NCBI GenBank assembly: GCA_964016885.1
Contig: OZ024742.1
Coordinates: 360,654,001 to 360,718,000, forward strand
Reading direction: 5' to 3'
DNA: 64,000 bases
Source of the DNA: Eledone cirrhosa
Lineage: Eukaryota
Positions 33,692 through 47,500 of this stretch are shown here, piece after piece. A model generated the notes under the pieces. It ran no database searches and had not been told where the DNA came from. It worked only from the letters and a program-made list of their open reading frames with translations. Within the stretch, counting starts at the first letter, position 1, and the number at the start of each line of letters is the position of its first letter. Position numbers and translations under genes: made by a program.

Positions 33692-33767
33692 ATGGTCTTT
33701 ATTCAACAAATGTCAGTTTCATGTTTGCAATAACATTAAATAAATCAAGGGGAAGTAGAAGAGAGAG
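33692..33767 (+). other. Candidate 76-nt internal exon
   Basis: Branch-like CTAAT (~33664), a long T-tract, acceptor AAG| at 33691 and donor AG|GTAAGC at 33768. One frame is open (GLYSTNVSFMFAITLNKSRGSRRE). Confidence 0.3.
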
Positions 33768-34357
33768 GTAAGCTCTACTTCCCTGTCTAGGCAGTATATC
33801 TTAACTGCAGCCCACAGCCAACATGGTAAAAGTACCCATTCTAAAGAGTTCTTATTTAAATATAAATATGTCAACATCATTTTATGTAAGAACCATATGT
33901 TACATTGCTATCTTAATAATGAAATAATTAATTTATTCAATCCTTCAAAATTCTTCATTAATTAATTGTGTATATTTCATTAGAAATACAGTCACTGAAG
34001 GGTGACTAAGAACCCCTCTATTTTCAACAACTACAATATCTAACAGTGTATATACACCTACACCATCCTTGAATTAACCATTGTTCAAAATAATCATGTA
34101 CTTAGGGTCTCAAGTAATGAAACCTAAAAAAATGTATATCATCATTTTAACCTCCACTTTCGCTGTTAGCAAGGTTTGGATGGGTAATATATAGGTTTTA
34201 ATTTCTCTGATCTTCTGGTGTCATTTATTTAACAGAGGTCTACCAATCTTTATACAGCTTTAGGAGTCTCACCAAGTTTTAATTAGGTACTGGTCATCAT
34301 GTCTATCCAAATGGAAGTAATTCACAACTAGAGCTAAAATCTGTAATTTCATCAGTT

Positions 34358-34679
34358 GTGAAGGCGCATGGCTTTCTGATTAGAGTATTCAGCTGACAAT
34401 CATAAGTTTATCAGTTCAATTCCTGGTGGCACATTGTGTCCTTGAGCAAGACATTTTATTTCACATTGCTCCAGTCTACTCAGCTGACAAAAATGAGTTG
34501 TGTCTGTAATTCAAATGGTCAGCTTTGTCACATTCTGCGTCACGCTGAATCTCCCTAAGAACTACATAAAGGATACACGTCTGTGGAATGCTCAGCCACT
34601 TGGACGTTAATTTCATGAGCAGGCTGTTCCATTGATCGGATCAACTGGAACATTTGTCATCGTAACCAACGGAGTCCAT
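34358..34679 (+). mobile_element. tRNA-derived SINE family C with an 11-bp target-site duplication
   Basis: tRNA head and CCTTGAGCAAGAC core, with a different tail ending GTAACCAACGGAGTCCA. TTTCATCAGTT occurs at 34347-34357 and 34680-34690. Confidence 0.85.
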
Positions 34680-34707
34680 TTTCATCAGTTATAATGGTTT
34701 GTGATTT

Positions 34708-34892
34708 AGGTACAACAATTTTTTTTTTGTGGGAGAGGGAGTCAATTAAATTGACCCCAGTGCATTACTGGTACTTTATTTCATCGTCCTCTAAAGATGA
34801 AAGGCAAAGCTAACCTCAGTGGAATTTGAGGGCCGTAACTCTGTGTCACAAAGGTGTCTGATGCTCTACCGATGATTCTGCCAATCCACCAT
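34708..34892 (-). mobile_element. SINE family A, degenerate
   Basis: GACCCCAGTGCATTACTGGTACTTTATTT..GATGAAAGGCAAAGCTAACC..CTCTACCGAT..CTGCCAAT. Confidence 0.8.
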
Positions 34893-35277
34893 CTTTTCCA
34901 ATAACAAACGTTTCCTTCTAGACATCATCACTATGTTTTCCATGAAAGGTTTATTCCTTCTGAATGACATACAAAAGTTTTCTTCTTTACATTGATAATT
35001 CTTTCTGTACTCTGGGGCTGTGGGGAGGCCACCAATATGATTGACTGACTTGTCAGTTCATCACTCAGATGTTCTCATGATTCTATATATATATAGAGAG
35101 AGAGATTTATGTACATATGTATGAATGTCCTATGAAAGATAATTTATATAAGACTGATTACTAATCCCCTCATCACCAAGACCAAATTATTAAGTGTAAT
35201 TCTTCAGAAACCCTATTGTCAGAGGTGGGGAGAGGGTGGGTGTTCATTTGGAGTGTGATTTGTCATGAATTATGGCT

Positions 35278-35532
35278 TTAACCCTCTTTATATCAAACCG
35301 CCTAAAATTGTCACTGTTTTTATAAGAAACTTTTTTATTTAAAGTGTTTATATTCATCTAAAGCCCCTCCATCCTCATTTTATCTAAGTACCTTTTTATG
35401 TTCCAAGCATCATCTTAATATTCAGCAAACTAGTTAGATTACTAAATCTGTCCAAATTCTGGGTTATTTTCAACATTTTGTGAAAAACAAAGTCAATGTC
35501 TTTCATTAGAAATATGGTAATGAAAGGGTTAA
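35278..35532 (+). mobile_element. TTAA MITE family 1 (seed of the 48-bp satellite)
   Basis: TTAA-CCCTCT left end, with a body shared with 2620-2948 (TTTAAAGTGTTTATATT, TTATGTTCCAA.CATCA). Right end TGTCTTTCATTAGAAATATGGTAATGAAAGGG-TTAA. Confidence 0.8.
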
Positions 35533-38500
35533 TGACATAGACAGTGGCTTTCATTAGAAATATGGTAATGAAAGGGTTAATGACATAGACAGTGGTTTTC
35601 ATTAGAAATATGGTAATGAAAGGGTTAATGACATAGGGAGTGTCTTTCATTAGATATATGGTAATGAAAGGATTAATGACATACACAGTGGCTTTCATTA
35701 GATATATGGTAATGAAAGGGTTAATGACATAGACAGTGTCTTTCATTAGATATATTGTAATGAAAGTGTTAATGACATAGACAGTGTCTTTCACTAGACA
35801 TATGGTTATGAAAGGGTTAATGACATAGGTAGTGTCTTTCATTAGAAATATGGTAATGAAAGGGTTAATGACATAGGTAGTGTCTTTCATTAGACATATG
35901 GTCATGAAAGGGTTAATGACATAGGTAGTGTATTTCATTAGAAATATGGTAATGAAAGGGTTAATGACATAGACAGTGTCTTTCATTAGAAATATGGTAA
36001 TGAAGGGTTAATGACATAGGGAGTGTCTTTCATTAGATATATAGTAATGAAAGGGTTAATGACATAGACAGTGTCTTTCATTAGAAATATGGTAATGAAG
36101 GGTTAATGACATAAACAGCGTCTTTCATTAGAAATATGGTAATGAAAGGGTTAATGACCTAGACAGTGTCTTTCATTAGAAATATGGTAATGAAAGGATT
36201 AATGACACAGACAGTGTCTTTCATTAGATATATGGTAATGAAGGGTTAATGACATAAACAGCGTCTTTCATTAGAAATATGGTAATGAAAGGGTTAATGA
36301 CCTAGACAGTGTCTTTCATTAGAAATATGGTAATGTAAGGGTTAATGACATAGGGGGTGTCTTTCATTAGATATATGGTAATGTAATGGTTAATGACATA
36401 GGGAGTGTCTTTCATTATAAATATGGTAATGAAAGGGTTAATGACATAGGTAGTGTCTTTCATTAGAAATATGGTAATGTAAGGGTTAATGACATAGACA
36501 GTGCCTTTCATTAGAAATATGGTAATGAAAGGGTTAATGACCTAGACAGTGTCTTTCATTAGAAATATGGTAATGTAAGGGTTAATGACATAGGGAGTGT
36601 CTTTCATTAGATATATGGTAATGTAATGGTTAATGACATAGACAGTGTCTTGCATTAGAAATATGGTAATAAAAGGGTTAATGACATGGGTAGTGTCTTT
36701 CATTAGAAATATGGTAATAAAAGGGTTAATGACATAGGGAGTGTCTTTCATTATAAATATGGTAATAAAAGGGTTAATGACATGGGTAGTGTCTTTCATT
36801 AGATATATGGTAATGAAAGGGTTAATGACATAGACAGTGGCTTTCATTAGATATATGGTAATGAAAGGGTTAATGACGTAGGTAGTGTCTTTCATTAGAA
36901 ATATGGTAATGAAAGGGTTAATGACGTAGGGAGTGTCTTTTATTAGAAATATGGTAATGAAAGGGTTAATGACATAGGGAGTGTCTTTCATTATAAATAT
37001 GGTAATAAAAGGGTTAATGACATAGGGAGTGTCTTTCATTATAAATATGGTAATAAAAGGGTTAATGACATGGGTAGTGTCTTTCATTAGATATATGGTA
37101 ATGAAAGGGTTAATGACATAGACAGTGTCTTTCATTAGATATATGGTAATGAAAGGGTTAATGACATAGACAGTGTCTTTCATTAGATATATGGTAATGA
37201 AAGGGTTAATGACAGGTAGTGTCTTTCATTAGATATATGGTAATGAAAGGGTTAATGACATAGACAGTGTCTTTCAGTAGATATATGGTAATGAAAGGAT
37301 TAATGACATAGACAGTGTCTTTCATTAGATATATGGTAATGAAAGGGTTAATGACATAGGGAGTGTCTTTCAGTAGATATATGGTAATGAAAGGGTTAAT
37401 GACAGGTAGTGTCTTTCATTAGATATATGGTAATGAAAGGGTTAATGACATAGACAGTGGCTTTCATTAGAAATATGGTAATGAAAGGGTTAATGACATA
37501 GGGAGTGTCTTTCATTAGATATATGGTAATGAAAGGGTTAATGACATAGACAGTGGCTTTCATTAGAAATATGGTAATGAAAGGGTTAATGACATAGGGA
37601 GTGTCTTTCATTAGAAATATGGTAATGAAAGGATTAATGACATAGACAGTGTCTTTCATTAGATATATGGTAATGAAAGGATTAATGACATACACAGTGG
37701 CTTTCATTAGACATATGGTAATGAAAGGGTTAATGACATAGACAGTGTCTTTCATTAGATATATTGTAATGAAAGTGTTAATGACATAGACAGTGTCTTT
37801 CATTATAAATATGGTAATGAAAGGGTTAATGACATAGGTAGTGTCTTTCATTAGATATATGGTAATGAAAGGGTTAATGACATAGACAGTGTCTTTCATT
37901 AGATATATGGTAATGAAAGGGTTAATGACATAGACAGTGTCTTTCATTAGATATATTGTAATGAAAGTGTTAATGACATAGACAGTGTCTTTCATTATAA
38001 ATATGGTAATGAAAGGGTTAATGACATAGGTAGTGTCTTTCAGTAGAAATATGGTAATGAAAGGGTTAATGACATAGACAGTGTCTTTCATTAGATATAT
38101 GGTAATGAAAGGGTTAATGACATAGGGAGTGTCTTTCATTAGAAATATGGTAATGAAAGGGTTAATGACAGGTAGTGTCTTTCATTAGATATATGGTAAT
38201 GAAGGGTTAATGACATAGGTAGTGTCTTTCAGTAGAAATATGGTAATGAAAGGATTAATGACATAGACAGTGTCTTTCATTAGATATATGGTAATGTAAT
38301 GGTTAATGACATAGACAGTGTCTTTCATTAGAAATATGGTAATGAAAGGGTTAATGACATAAACAGTGTCTTTCATTAGAAATATGGTAATGAAAGGGTT
38401 AATGACATAGGTAGTGTCTTTCAGTAGAAATATGGTAATGAAAGGATTAATGACATAGACAGTGTCTTTCATTAGATATATGGTAATGTAATGGTTAATG

Positions 38501-41500
38501 ACATAGACAGTGTCTTTCATTATAAATATGGTAATGAAAGGGTTAATGACATAGACAGTGTCTTTCATTAGATATATGGTAATGTAAGGGTTAATGACAT
38601 AGGGAGTATGTTTCATTAGAAATATGGTAGTGAAAGGGTTAATGACATAGACAGTGTCTTTCATTAGATATATTGTAATGAAAGGGTTAATGACATAGAC
38701 AGTGTCTTTCATTAGATATATGGTAATGAAAGGGTTAATGAAATAGGGAGTGTCTTTCAGTAGATATATGGTAATGAAAGGGTTAATGAAATAGGGAGTG
38801 TCTTTCATTAGAAATATGGTAATGAAAGGGTTAATGACATAGGCAGTGTCTTTCATTAGAAATATGGTAATGTAAGGGTTAATGACATAGGGAGTATGTT
38901 TCATTAGAAATATGGTAATGAAAGGGTTAATGACATAGGGAGTGTCTTTCATTAGATATATGGTAGTGAAAGGGTTAATGACATAGGGAGTGTCTTTCAT
39001 TAGATATATGGTAGTGAAAGGGTTAATGACATAGACAGTGTCTTTCATTAGAAATATGGTAATGTAAGGGTTAATGACATAGGGAGTATGTTTCATTAGA
39101 AATATGGTAATGAAAGGGTTAATGACATAGACAGTGTCTTTCATTAGAAATATGGTAATGTAAGGGTTAATGACATAGGGAGTGTCTTTCATTAGAAATA
39201 TGGTAATGAAAGGGTTAATGACATAGACAGTGTCTTTCATTAGAAATATGGTAATGTAAGGGTTAATGACATAGACAGTGTCTTTCATTAGAAATATGGT
39301 AATGTAAGGGTTAATGACATAGGGAGTGTCTTTCATTAGATATATGGTAATGAAAGGGTTAATGAAATAGGGAGTGTCTTTCAGTAGATATATGGTAATG
39401 AAAGGGTTAATGACATAGACAGTGTCTTTCATTAGATATATAGTAATGAAAGGGTTAATGAAATAGGGAGTGTCTTTCATTAGAAATATGGTAATGAAAG
39501 GGTTAATGACATAGACAGTGTCTTTCATTAGATATATGGTAATGAAAGGATTAATGACATAGGCAGTGTCTTTCATTAGAAATATGGTAATGAAAGGATT
39601 AATGACATAGGCAGTGTCTTTCATTAGAAATATGGTAATGAAAGGGTTAATGACATAGGTAGTGTCTTTCATTAGAAATATGGTAATGAAAGGGTTAATG
39701 ACATAAACAGTGTCTTTCATTAGAAATATGGTAATGAAAGGGTTAATGACATAGGCAGTGTCTTTCATTAGATATATGGTAATGAAAGGATTAATGACAT
39801 AGGCAGTGTCTTTCATTAGATATATAGTAATGAAAGGGTTAATGACATAAACAGTGTCTTTCATTAGAAATATGGTAATGAAAGGATTAATGACATAGGC
39901 AGTGTCTTTCATTAGATATATGGTAATGAAGGGTTAATGACATAGGTAGTGTCTTTCATTAGAAATATGGTAATGAAAGGGTTAATGACCTAGACAGTGT
40001 CTTTCAGTAGAAATATGGTAATGAAAGGGTTAATGACATAGGGAGTGTCTTTCAGTAGAAATATGGTAATGAAAGGGTTAATGACATACGCAGTGTCTTT
40101 CATTAGAAATATGGTAATGAAAGGGTTAATGACATAAACAGTGTCTTTCATTAGAAATATGGTAATGAAAGGGTTAATGACATAAACAGTGTCTTTCATT
40201 AGAAATATGGTAATGAAAGGGTTAATGACATAGGCAGTGTCTTTCATTAGATATATGGTAATGAAGGGTTAATGACATAGGTAGTGTCTTTCATTAGATA
40301 TATGGTAATGAAAGGGTTAATGACATAAACAGTGTCTTTCATTAGAAATATGGTAATGAAAGGGTTAATGAAATAGACAGTGTCTTTCATTAGAAATATG
40401 GTAATGAAGGGTTAATGACATAGGTAGTGTCTTTCATTAGATATATGGTAATGAAAGGGTTAATGAAATAGGGAGTGTCTTTCAGTAGATATATGGTAAT
40501 GAAAGGGTTAATGAAATAGGGAGTGTCTTTCAGTAGATATATGGTAATGAAAGGGTTAATGACCTAGACAGTGTCTTTCATTAGAAATATGGTAATGAAA
40601 GGGATAATGACATAGGGAGTGTCTTTCATTAGAAATATGGTAATGAAAGGGTTAATGACATAGGTAGTGTCTTTCATTAGAAATATGGTAATGAAAGGAT
40701 TAATGACATAGGGAGTGTCTTTCATTAGATATATGGTAATGAAAGGGTTAATGACATAGGGAGTGTCTTTCATTAGAAATATGGTAATGAAAGGGATAAT
40801 GACATAGGGAGTGTCTTTCATTAGAAATATGGTAATGTAAGGGTTAATGACATAGGGAGTGTCTTTCATTAGAAATATGGTAATGTAAGGGTTAATGACA
40901 TAAACAGTGTCTTTCATTAGAAATATGGTAATGAAAGGGTTAATGACATAGACAGTGTCTTTCATTAGAAATATGGTAATGTAAGGGTTAATGACATAGG
41001 GAGTGTCTTTCATTAGAAATATGGTAATGAAAGGGTTAATGACATAGGGAGTGTCTTTCATTAGAAATATGGTAATGAAAGGGTTAATGACATAGGTAGT
41101 GTCTTTCATTAGAAATATGGTAATGAAAGGGTTAATGACATAAACAGTGTCTTTCATTAGAAATATGGTAATGAAAGGGTTAATGACATAAACAGTGTCT
41201 TTCATTAGAAATATGGTAATGAAAGGGTTAATGACATAGGTAGTGTCTTTCATTAGATATATGGTAATGTAATGGTTAATGACATAGGCAGTGTCTTTCA
41301 TTAGAAATATGGTAATGAAAGGGTTAATGACCTAGACAGTGTCTTTCAGTAGAAATATGGTAATGAAAGGGTTAATGACATAGGGAGTGTCTTTCAGTAG
41401 AAATATGGTAATGAAAGGGTTAATGACATAGGTAGTGTCTTTCATTAGAAATATGGTAATGAAAGGGTTAATGACATAGGTAGTGTCTTTCATTAGAAAT

Positions 41501-44500
41501 ATGGTAATGAAAGGGTTAATGACATAAACAGTGTCTTTCATTAGAAATATGGTAATGAAAGGGTTAATGACATAGGTAGTGTCTTTCAGTAGATATATGG
41601 TAATGTAATGGTTAATGACATAGGGAGTGTCTTTCAGTAGAAATATGGTAATGAAAGGGTTAATGACGTAGGGAGTGTCTTTTATTAGAAATATGGTAAT
41701 GAAAGGGTTAATGACATAGGTAGTGTCTTTCATTAGAAATATGGTAATGAAAGGGTTAATGACATAGACAGTGTCTTTCATTAGAAATATGGTAATGAAA
41801 GGATTAATGACATAGGGAGTGTCTTTCATTAGATATATGGTAATGTAAGGGTTAATGACATAGGGAGTGTCTTTCATTAGATATATGGTAATGTAATGGT
41901 TAATGACATAGGGAGTGTCTTTCATTATAAATATGGTAATGAAAGGGTTAATGACATAGGGAGTGTCTTTCATTAGAAATATGGTAATGAAGGGTTAATG
42001 ACATAGACAGTGTCTTTCATTAGAAATATGGTAATGAAAGGATTAATGACATAGGTAGTGTCTTTCATTAGATATATGGTAATGAAAGGATTAATGACAT
42101 ACGCAGTGTCTTTCATTAGATATATGGTAATGAAAGGGTTAATGACATAGACAGTGTTTTTCATTAGAAATATGGTAATGAAAGGGTTAATGACATAGTC
42201 AGTGTCTTTCATTAGAAATATGGTAATGAAAGGGTTAATGACATAGGTAGTGTCTTTCATTAGAAATATGGTAATGAAAGGGTTAATGAAATAGGTAGTA
42301 TCTTTCATTAGATATATGGTAATGAAAGGATTAATGACATAGGTAGTGTCTTTCATTAGAAATATAGTAATGAAAGGGTTAATGACATAGGGAGTGTCTT
42401 TCATTAGATATATGGTAATGTAATGGTTAATGACATAGACAGTGTCTTTCATTAGAAATATGGTAATGAAGGGTTAATGACATAGACAGTGTCTTTCATT
42501 AGAAATATGGTAATGAAAGGGTTAATGACATAGGCAGTGTCTTTCATTAGAAATATGGTAATGAAAGGGTTAATGACCTAGACAGTGTCTTTCATTATAA
42601 ATATGGTAATGAAAGGGTTAATGACATAGGTAGTGTCTTTCATTAGATATATGGTAATGAAAGGATTAATGACATACGCAGTGTCTTTCATTAGATATAT
42701 GGTAATGAAAGGGTTAATGACATAGACAGTGTCTTTCATTAGATATATTGTAATGAAAGTGTTAATGACATAGACAGTGTCTTTCATTAGACATATGGTA
42801 ATGAAAGGGTTAATGACATAGGTAGTGTCTTTCATTAGATATATGGTAATGAAAGGGTTAATGACATAGACAGTGTCTTTCATTAGATATATGGTAATGA
42901 AAGGGTTAATGACATAGACAGTGTCTTTCATTAGATATATTGTAATGAAAGTGTTAATGACATAGACAGTGTCTTTCATTATAAATATGGTAATGAAAGG
43001 GTTAATGACATAGGTAGTGTCTTTCATTAGATATATGGTAATGAAAGGGTTAATGACCTAGACAGTGTCTTTCATTAGAAATATGGTAATGAAAGGGTTA
43101 ATGACATAGACAGTGCCTTTCATTAGAAATATAGTAATGAAAGGGTTAATGACCTAGACAGTGTCTTTCATTAGAAATATGGTAATGAAAGGGTTAATGA
43201 CATAGGGAGTGTCTTTCATTAGAAATATGGTAATGAAAGGGTTAATGACAGGTAGTGTCTTTCATTAGATATATGGTAATGAAAGGGTTAATGACATAGA
43301 CAGTGTCTTTCATTAGATATATGGTAATGAAAGTGTTAATGACATAGACAGTGTCTTTCATTATAAATATGGTAATGAAAGGGTTAATGACATAGGTAGT
43401 GTCTTTCATTTGATATATGGTAATGAAGGGTTAATGACATAGGTAGTGTCTTTCAGTAGAAATATGGTAATGAAAGGATTAATGACATAGACAGTGTCTT
43501 TCATTAGATATATGGTAATGTAATGGTTAATGACATAGACAGTGTCTTTCATTAGAGGGTTAATGACATAGACAGTGTCTTTCATTAGATATATGGTAAT
43601 GTAAGGGTTAATGACATAGGGAGTATGTTTCATTAGAAATATGGTAGTGAAAGGGTTAATGACATAGACAGTGTCTTTCATTAGAAATATGGTAATGTAA
43701 TGGTTAATGACATAGACAGTGTCTTTCATTAGAAATATGGTAGTGAAAGGGTTAATGACATAGACAGTGTCTTTCATTAGAAATATGGTAGTGAAAGGGT
43801 TAATGACATAGACAGTGTCTTTCATTAGAAATATGGTAATGAAAGGGTTAATGAAATAGGGAGTGTCTTTCAGTAGATATATGGTAATGAAAGGGTTAAT
43901 GACATAGGCAGTGTCTTTCATTAGAAATATGGTAATGTAATGGTTAATGACATAGACAGTGTCTTTCATTAGATATATTGTAATGAAAGGGTTAATGACA
44001 TAGACAGTGTCTTTCATTAGATATATGGTAATGAAAGGGTTAATGAAATAGGGAGTGTCTTTCAGTAGATATATGGTAATGAAAGGGTTAATGACCGAGA
44101 CAGTGTCTTTCATTAGAAATATGGTAATGAAGGGTTAATGACATAAACAGCGTCTTTCATTAGAAATATGGTAATGAAAGGGTTAATGACCTAGACAGTG
44201 TCTTTCATTAGAAATATGGTAATGTAAGGGTTAATGACATAGGGAGTGTCTTTCATTAGATATATGGTAATGTAATGGTTAATGACATAGGGAGTGTCTT
44301 TCATTAGATATATGGTAATGAAAGGCTTAATGACATAAACAGTGTCTTTCATTATAAATATGGTAATGAAAGGGTTAATGACATAGGTAGTGTCTTTCAT
44401 TAGAAATATGGTAATGAAGGGGTAATGACATAGACAGTGTCTTTCATTAGAAATATGGTAATGAAAGGCTTAATGACATAAACAGTGTCTTTCATTATAA

Positions 44501-47500
44501 ATATGGTAATGAAAGGGTTAATGACCGAGACAGTGTCTTTCATTAGAAATATGGTAATGAAGGGTTAATGACATAGACAGTGTCTTTCATTAGAAATATG
44601 GTAATGAAAGGCTTAATGACATAAACAGTGTCTTTCATTATAAATATGGTAATGAAAGGGTTAATGACATAGGTAGTGTCTTTCATTAGAAATATGGTAA
44701 TGAAGGGTTAATGACATAGACAGTGTCTTTCATTAGAAATATGGTAATGAAAGGATTAATGACATAGGTAGTGTCTTTCATTAGATATATGGTAATGAAA
44801 GGGTTAATGACATAGACAGTGTCTTTCATTAGAAATATGGTAATGAAAGGATTAATGACATAGGCAGTGTCTTTCATTAGATATATGGTAATGAAAGGAT
44901 TAATGACATACGCAGTGTCTTTCATTAGATATATGGTAATGAAAGGGTTAATGACATAGACAGTGTTTTTAATTAGAAATATGGTAATGAAAGGGTTAAT
45001 GACATAGTCAGTGTCTTTCATTAGAAATATGGTAATGAAAGGGTTAATGACATAGGTAGTGTCTTTCATTAGAAATATGGTAATGAAAGGGTTAATGAAA
45101 TAGGTAGTATCTTTCATTAGATATATGGTAATGAAAGGATTAATGACATAGGTAGTGTCTTTCATTAGAAATATAGTAATGAAAGGGTTAATGACATAGG
45201 GAGTGTCTTTCATTAGATATATGGTAATGTAATGGTTAATGACATAGACAGTGTCTTTCATTAGAAATATGGTAATGAAGGGTTAATGACATAGACAGTG
45301 TCTTTCATTAGAAATATGGTAATGAAAGGGTTAATGACATAGGCAGTGTCTTTCATTAGAAATATGGTAATGAAAGGGTTAATGACATAGGGAGTGTCTT
45401 TCATTATAAATATGGTAATGAAAGGGTTAATGACATAGGTAGTGTCTTTCATTAGATATATGGTAATGAAAGGGTTAATGACATAGACAGTGTCTTTCAT
45501 TAGATATATTGTAATGAAAGTGTTAATGACATAGACAGTGTCTTTCATTAGACATATGGTAATGAAAGGGTTAATGACATAGGTAGTGTCTTTCATTAGA
45601 AATATGGTAATGAAAGGGTTAATGACATAGGTAGTGTCTTTCATTAGAAATATGGTAATGTAAGGGTTAATGAAATAGGTAGTATCTTTCATTAGATATA
45701 TGGTAATGAAAGGGTTAATGACATAGACAGTGTCTTTCATTAGATATATGGTAATGAAAGGATTAATGACATAGGTAGTGTCTTTCATTAGAAATATAGT
45801 AATGAAAGGGTTAATGACATAGAGAGTGTCTTTCATTAGAAATATAGTAATGAAAGGGTTAATGACATAGAGATTGTCTTTCATTAGAAATATGGTAATG
45901 TAATTGTTAATGACATAGGGAGTGTCTTTCATTAGAAATATGGTAATGAAAGGGTTAATGACATAGGTAGTGTCTTTCATTAGAAATATGGTAATGAAAG
46001 GGTTAATGACATAGGTAGTGTCTTTCATTAGAGATATGTTAATAAAGGTGTTAATGACATAGGTAGTGTCTTTCATTAGAAATATGGTAATGTAAGGATT
46101 AATGACATAGACAGTGTCTTTCATTATAAATATGGTAATAAAGGGGTTAATGACATAGGGAGTGTCTTTCATTATAAATATGGTAATAAAGGGGTTAATG
46201 ACATAGGTAGTGTCTTTCATTAGAAATATGGTAATGTAAGGGTTAATGACATAGGGAGTATGTTTCATTAGATATATGGTAATGAAAGGGTTAATGATAT
46301 AGACAGTGTCTTTCATTAGACATATGGTAATGAAAGGGTTAATGACATAAGTAGTGTCTTTCATTAGAAATATGGTAATGAAAGGGTTAATGACATAGAC
46401 AATGTCTTTCATTACAAATATGGTAATGAAAGGGTTAATGACATAGGTAGTGTCTTTCGTTAGATATATGGTAATGAAAGGGTTAATGACATTGGTAGTG
46501 TATTTCATTAGATATATGGTAATGAAAGGGTTAATGACATAAACAGTGTCTTTCATTAGATATATGGTAATGAAAGGGTTAATGATATAGACAGTGTCTT
46601 TCATTAGACATATGGTAATGAAAGGGTTAATGACATAGGTAGTGTCTTTCATTAGAAATATGGTAATGAAAGGGTTAATGACATAGACAATGTCTTTCAT
46701 TAGAAATATGGTAATGAAAGGGTTAATGACATAGGTAGTGTCTTTCGTGAGATATATGGTAATGAAAGGGTTAATGACATAGGTTGTGTATTTCATTAGA
46801 AATATGGTAATGAAAGGGTTAATGACATAGACAGTGTCTTTCATTAGAAATATGGTAATGAAGGGTTAATGACATAAACAGCATCTTTCATTAGAAATAT
46901 GGTAATGAAAGGGTTAATGACCTAGACAGTGTCTTTCATTAGAAATATGGTAATGAAAGGGTTAATGACATAGGTAGTGTCTTTCATTAGAAATATGGTA
47001 ATGAAAGGGTTAATGACACAGACAATGTCTTTCATTAGAAATATGGTAATGAAAGGGTTAATGACATAGGTAGTGTCTTTCATTAGAAATATGGTAATGA
47101 AAGGGTTAATGACACAGACAATGTCTTTCATTAGAAATATGGCAATGAAAGGGTTAATGACATAGACAGTGTCTTTCATTAGAAATATGGTAATGAAAGG
47201 GTTAATGACATAAACAGTGTCTTTCATTAGAAATATGGTAATGAAAGGGTTAATGACATAGGTAGTGTCTTTCGTTAGATATATGGTAATGAAAGGGTTA
47301 ATGACATAGGTAGTGTCTTTCGTTAGATATATGGTAATGAAAGGGTTAATGACATAGGTAGTGTCTTTCATTAGAAATATGGTAATGAAAGGGTTAATGA
47401 CGGGTAGTGTCTTTCATTAGATATATGGTAATATAAGGGTTAATGACATAGGTAGTGTATTTCATTAGATATATGGTAATGAAAGGGTTAATGACATAAA

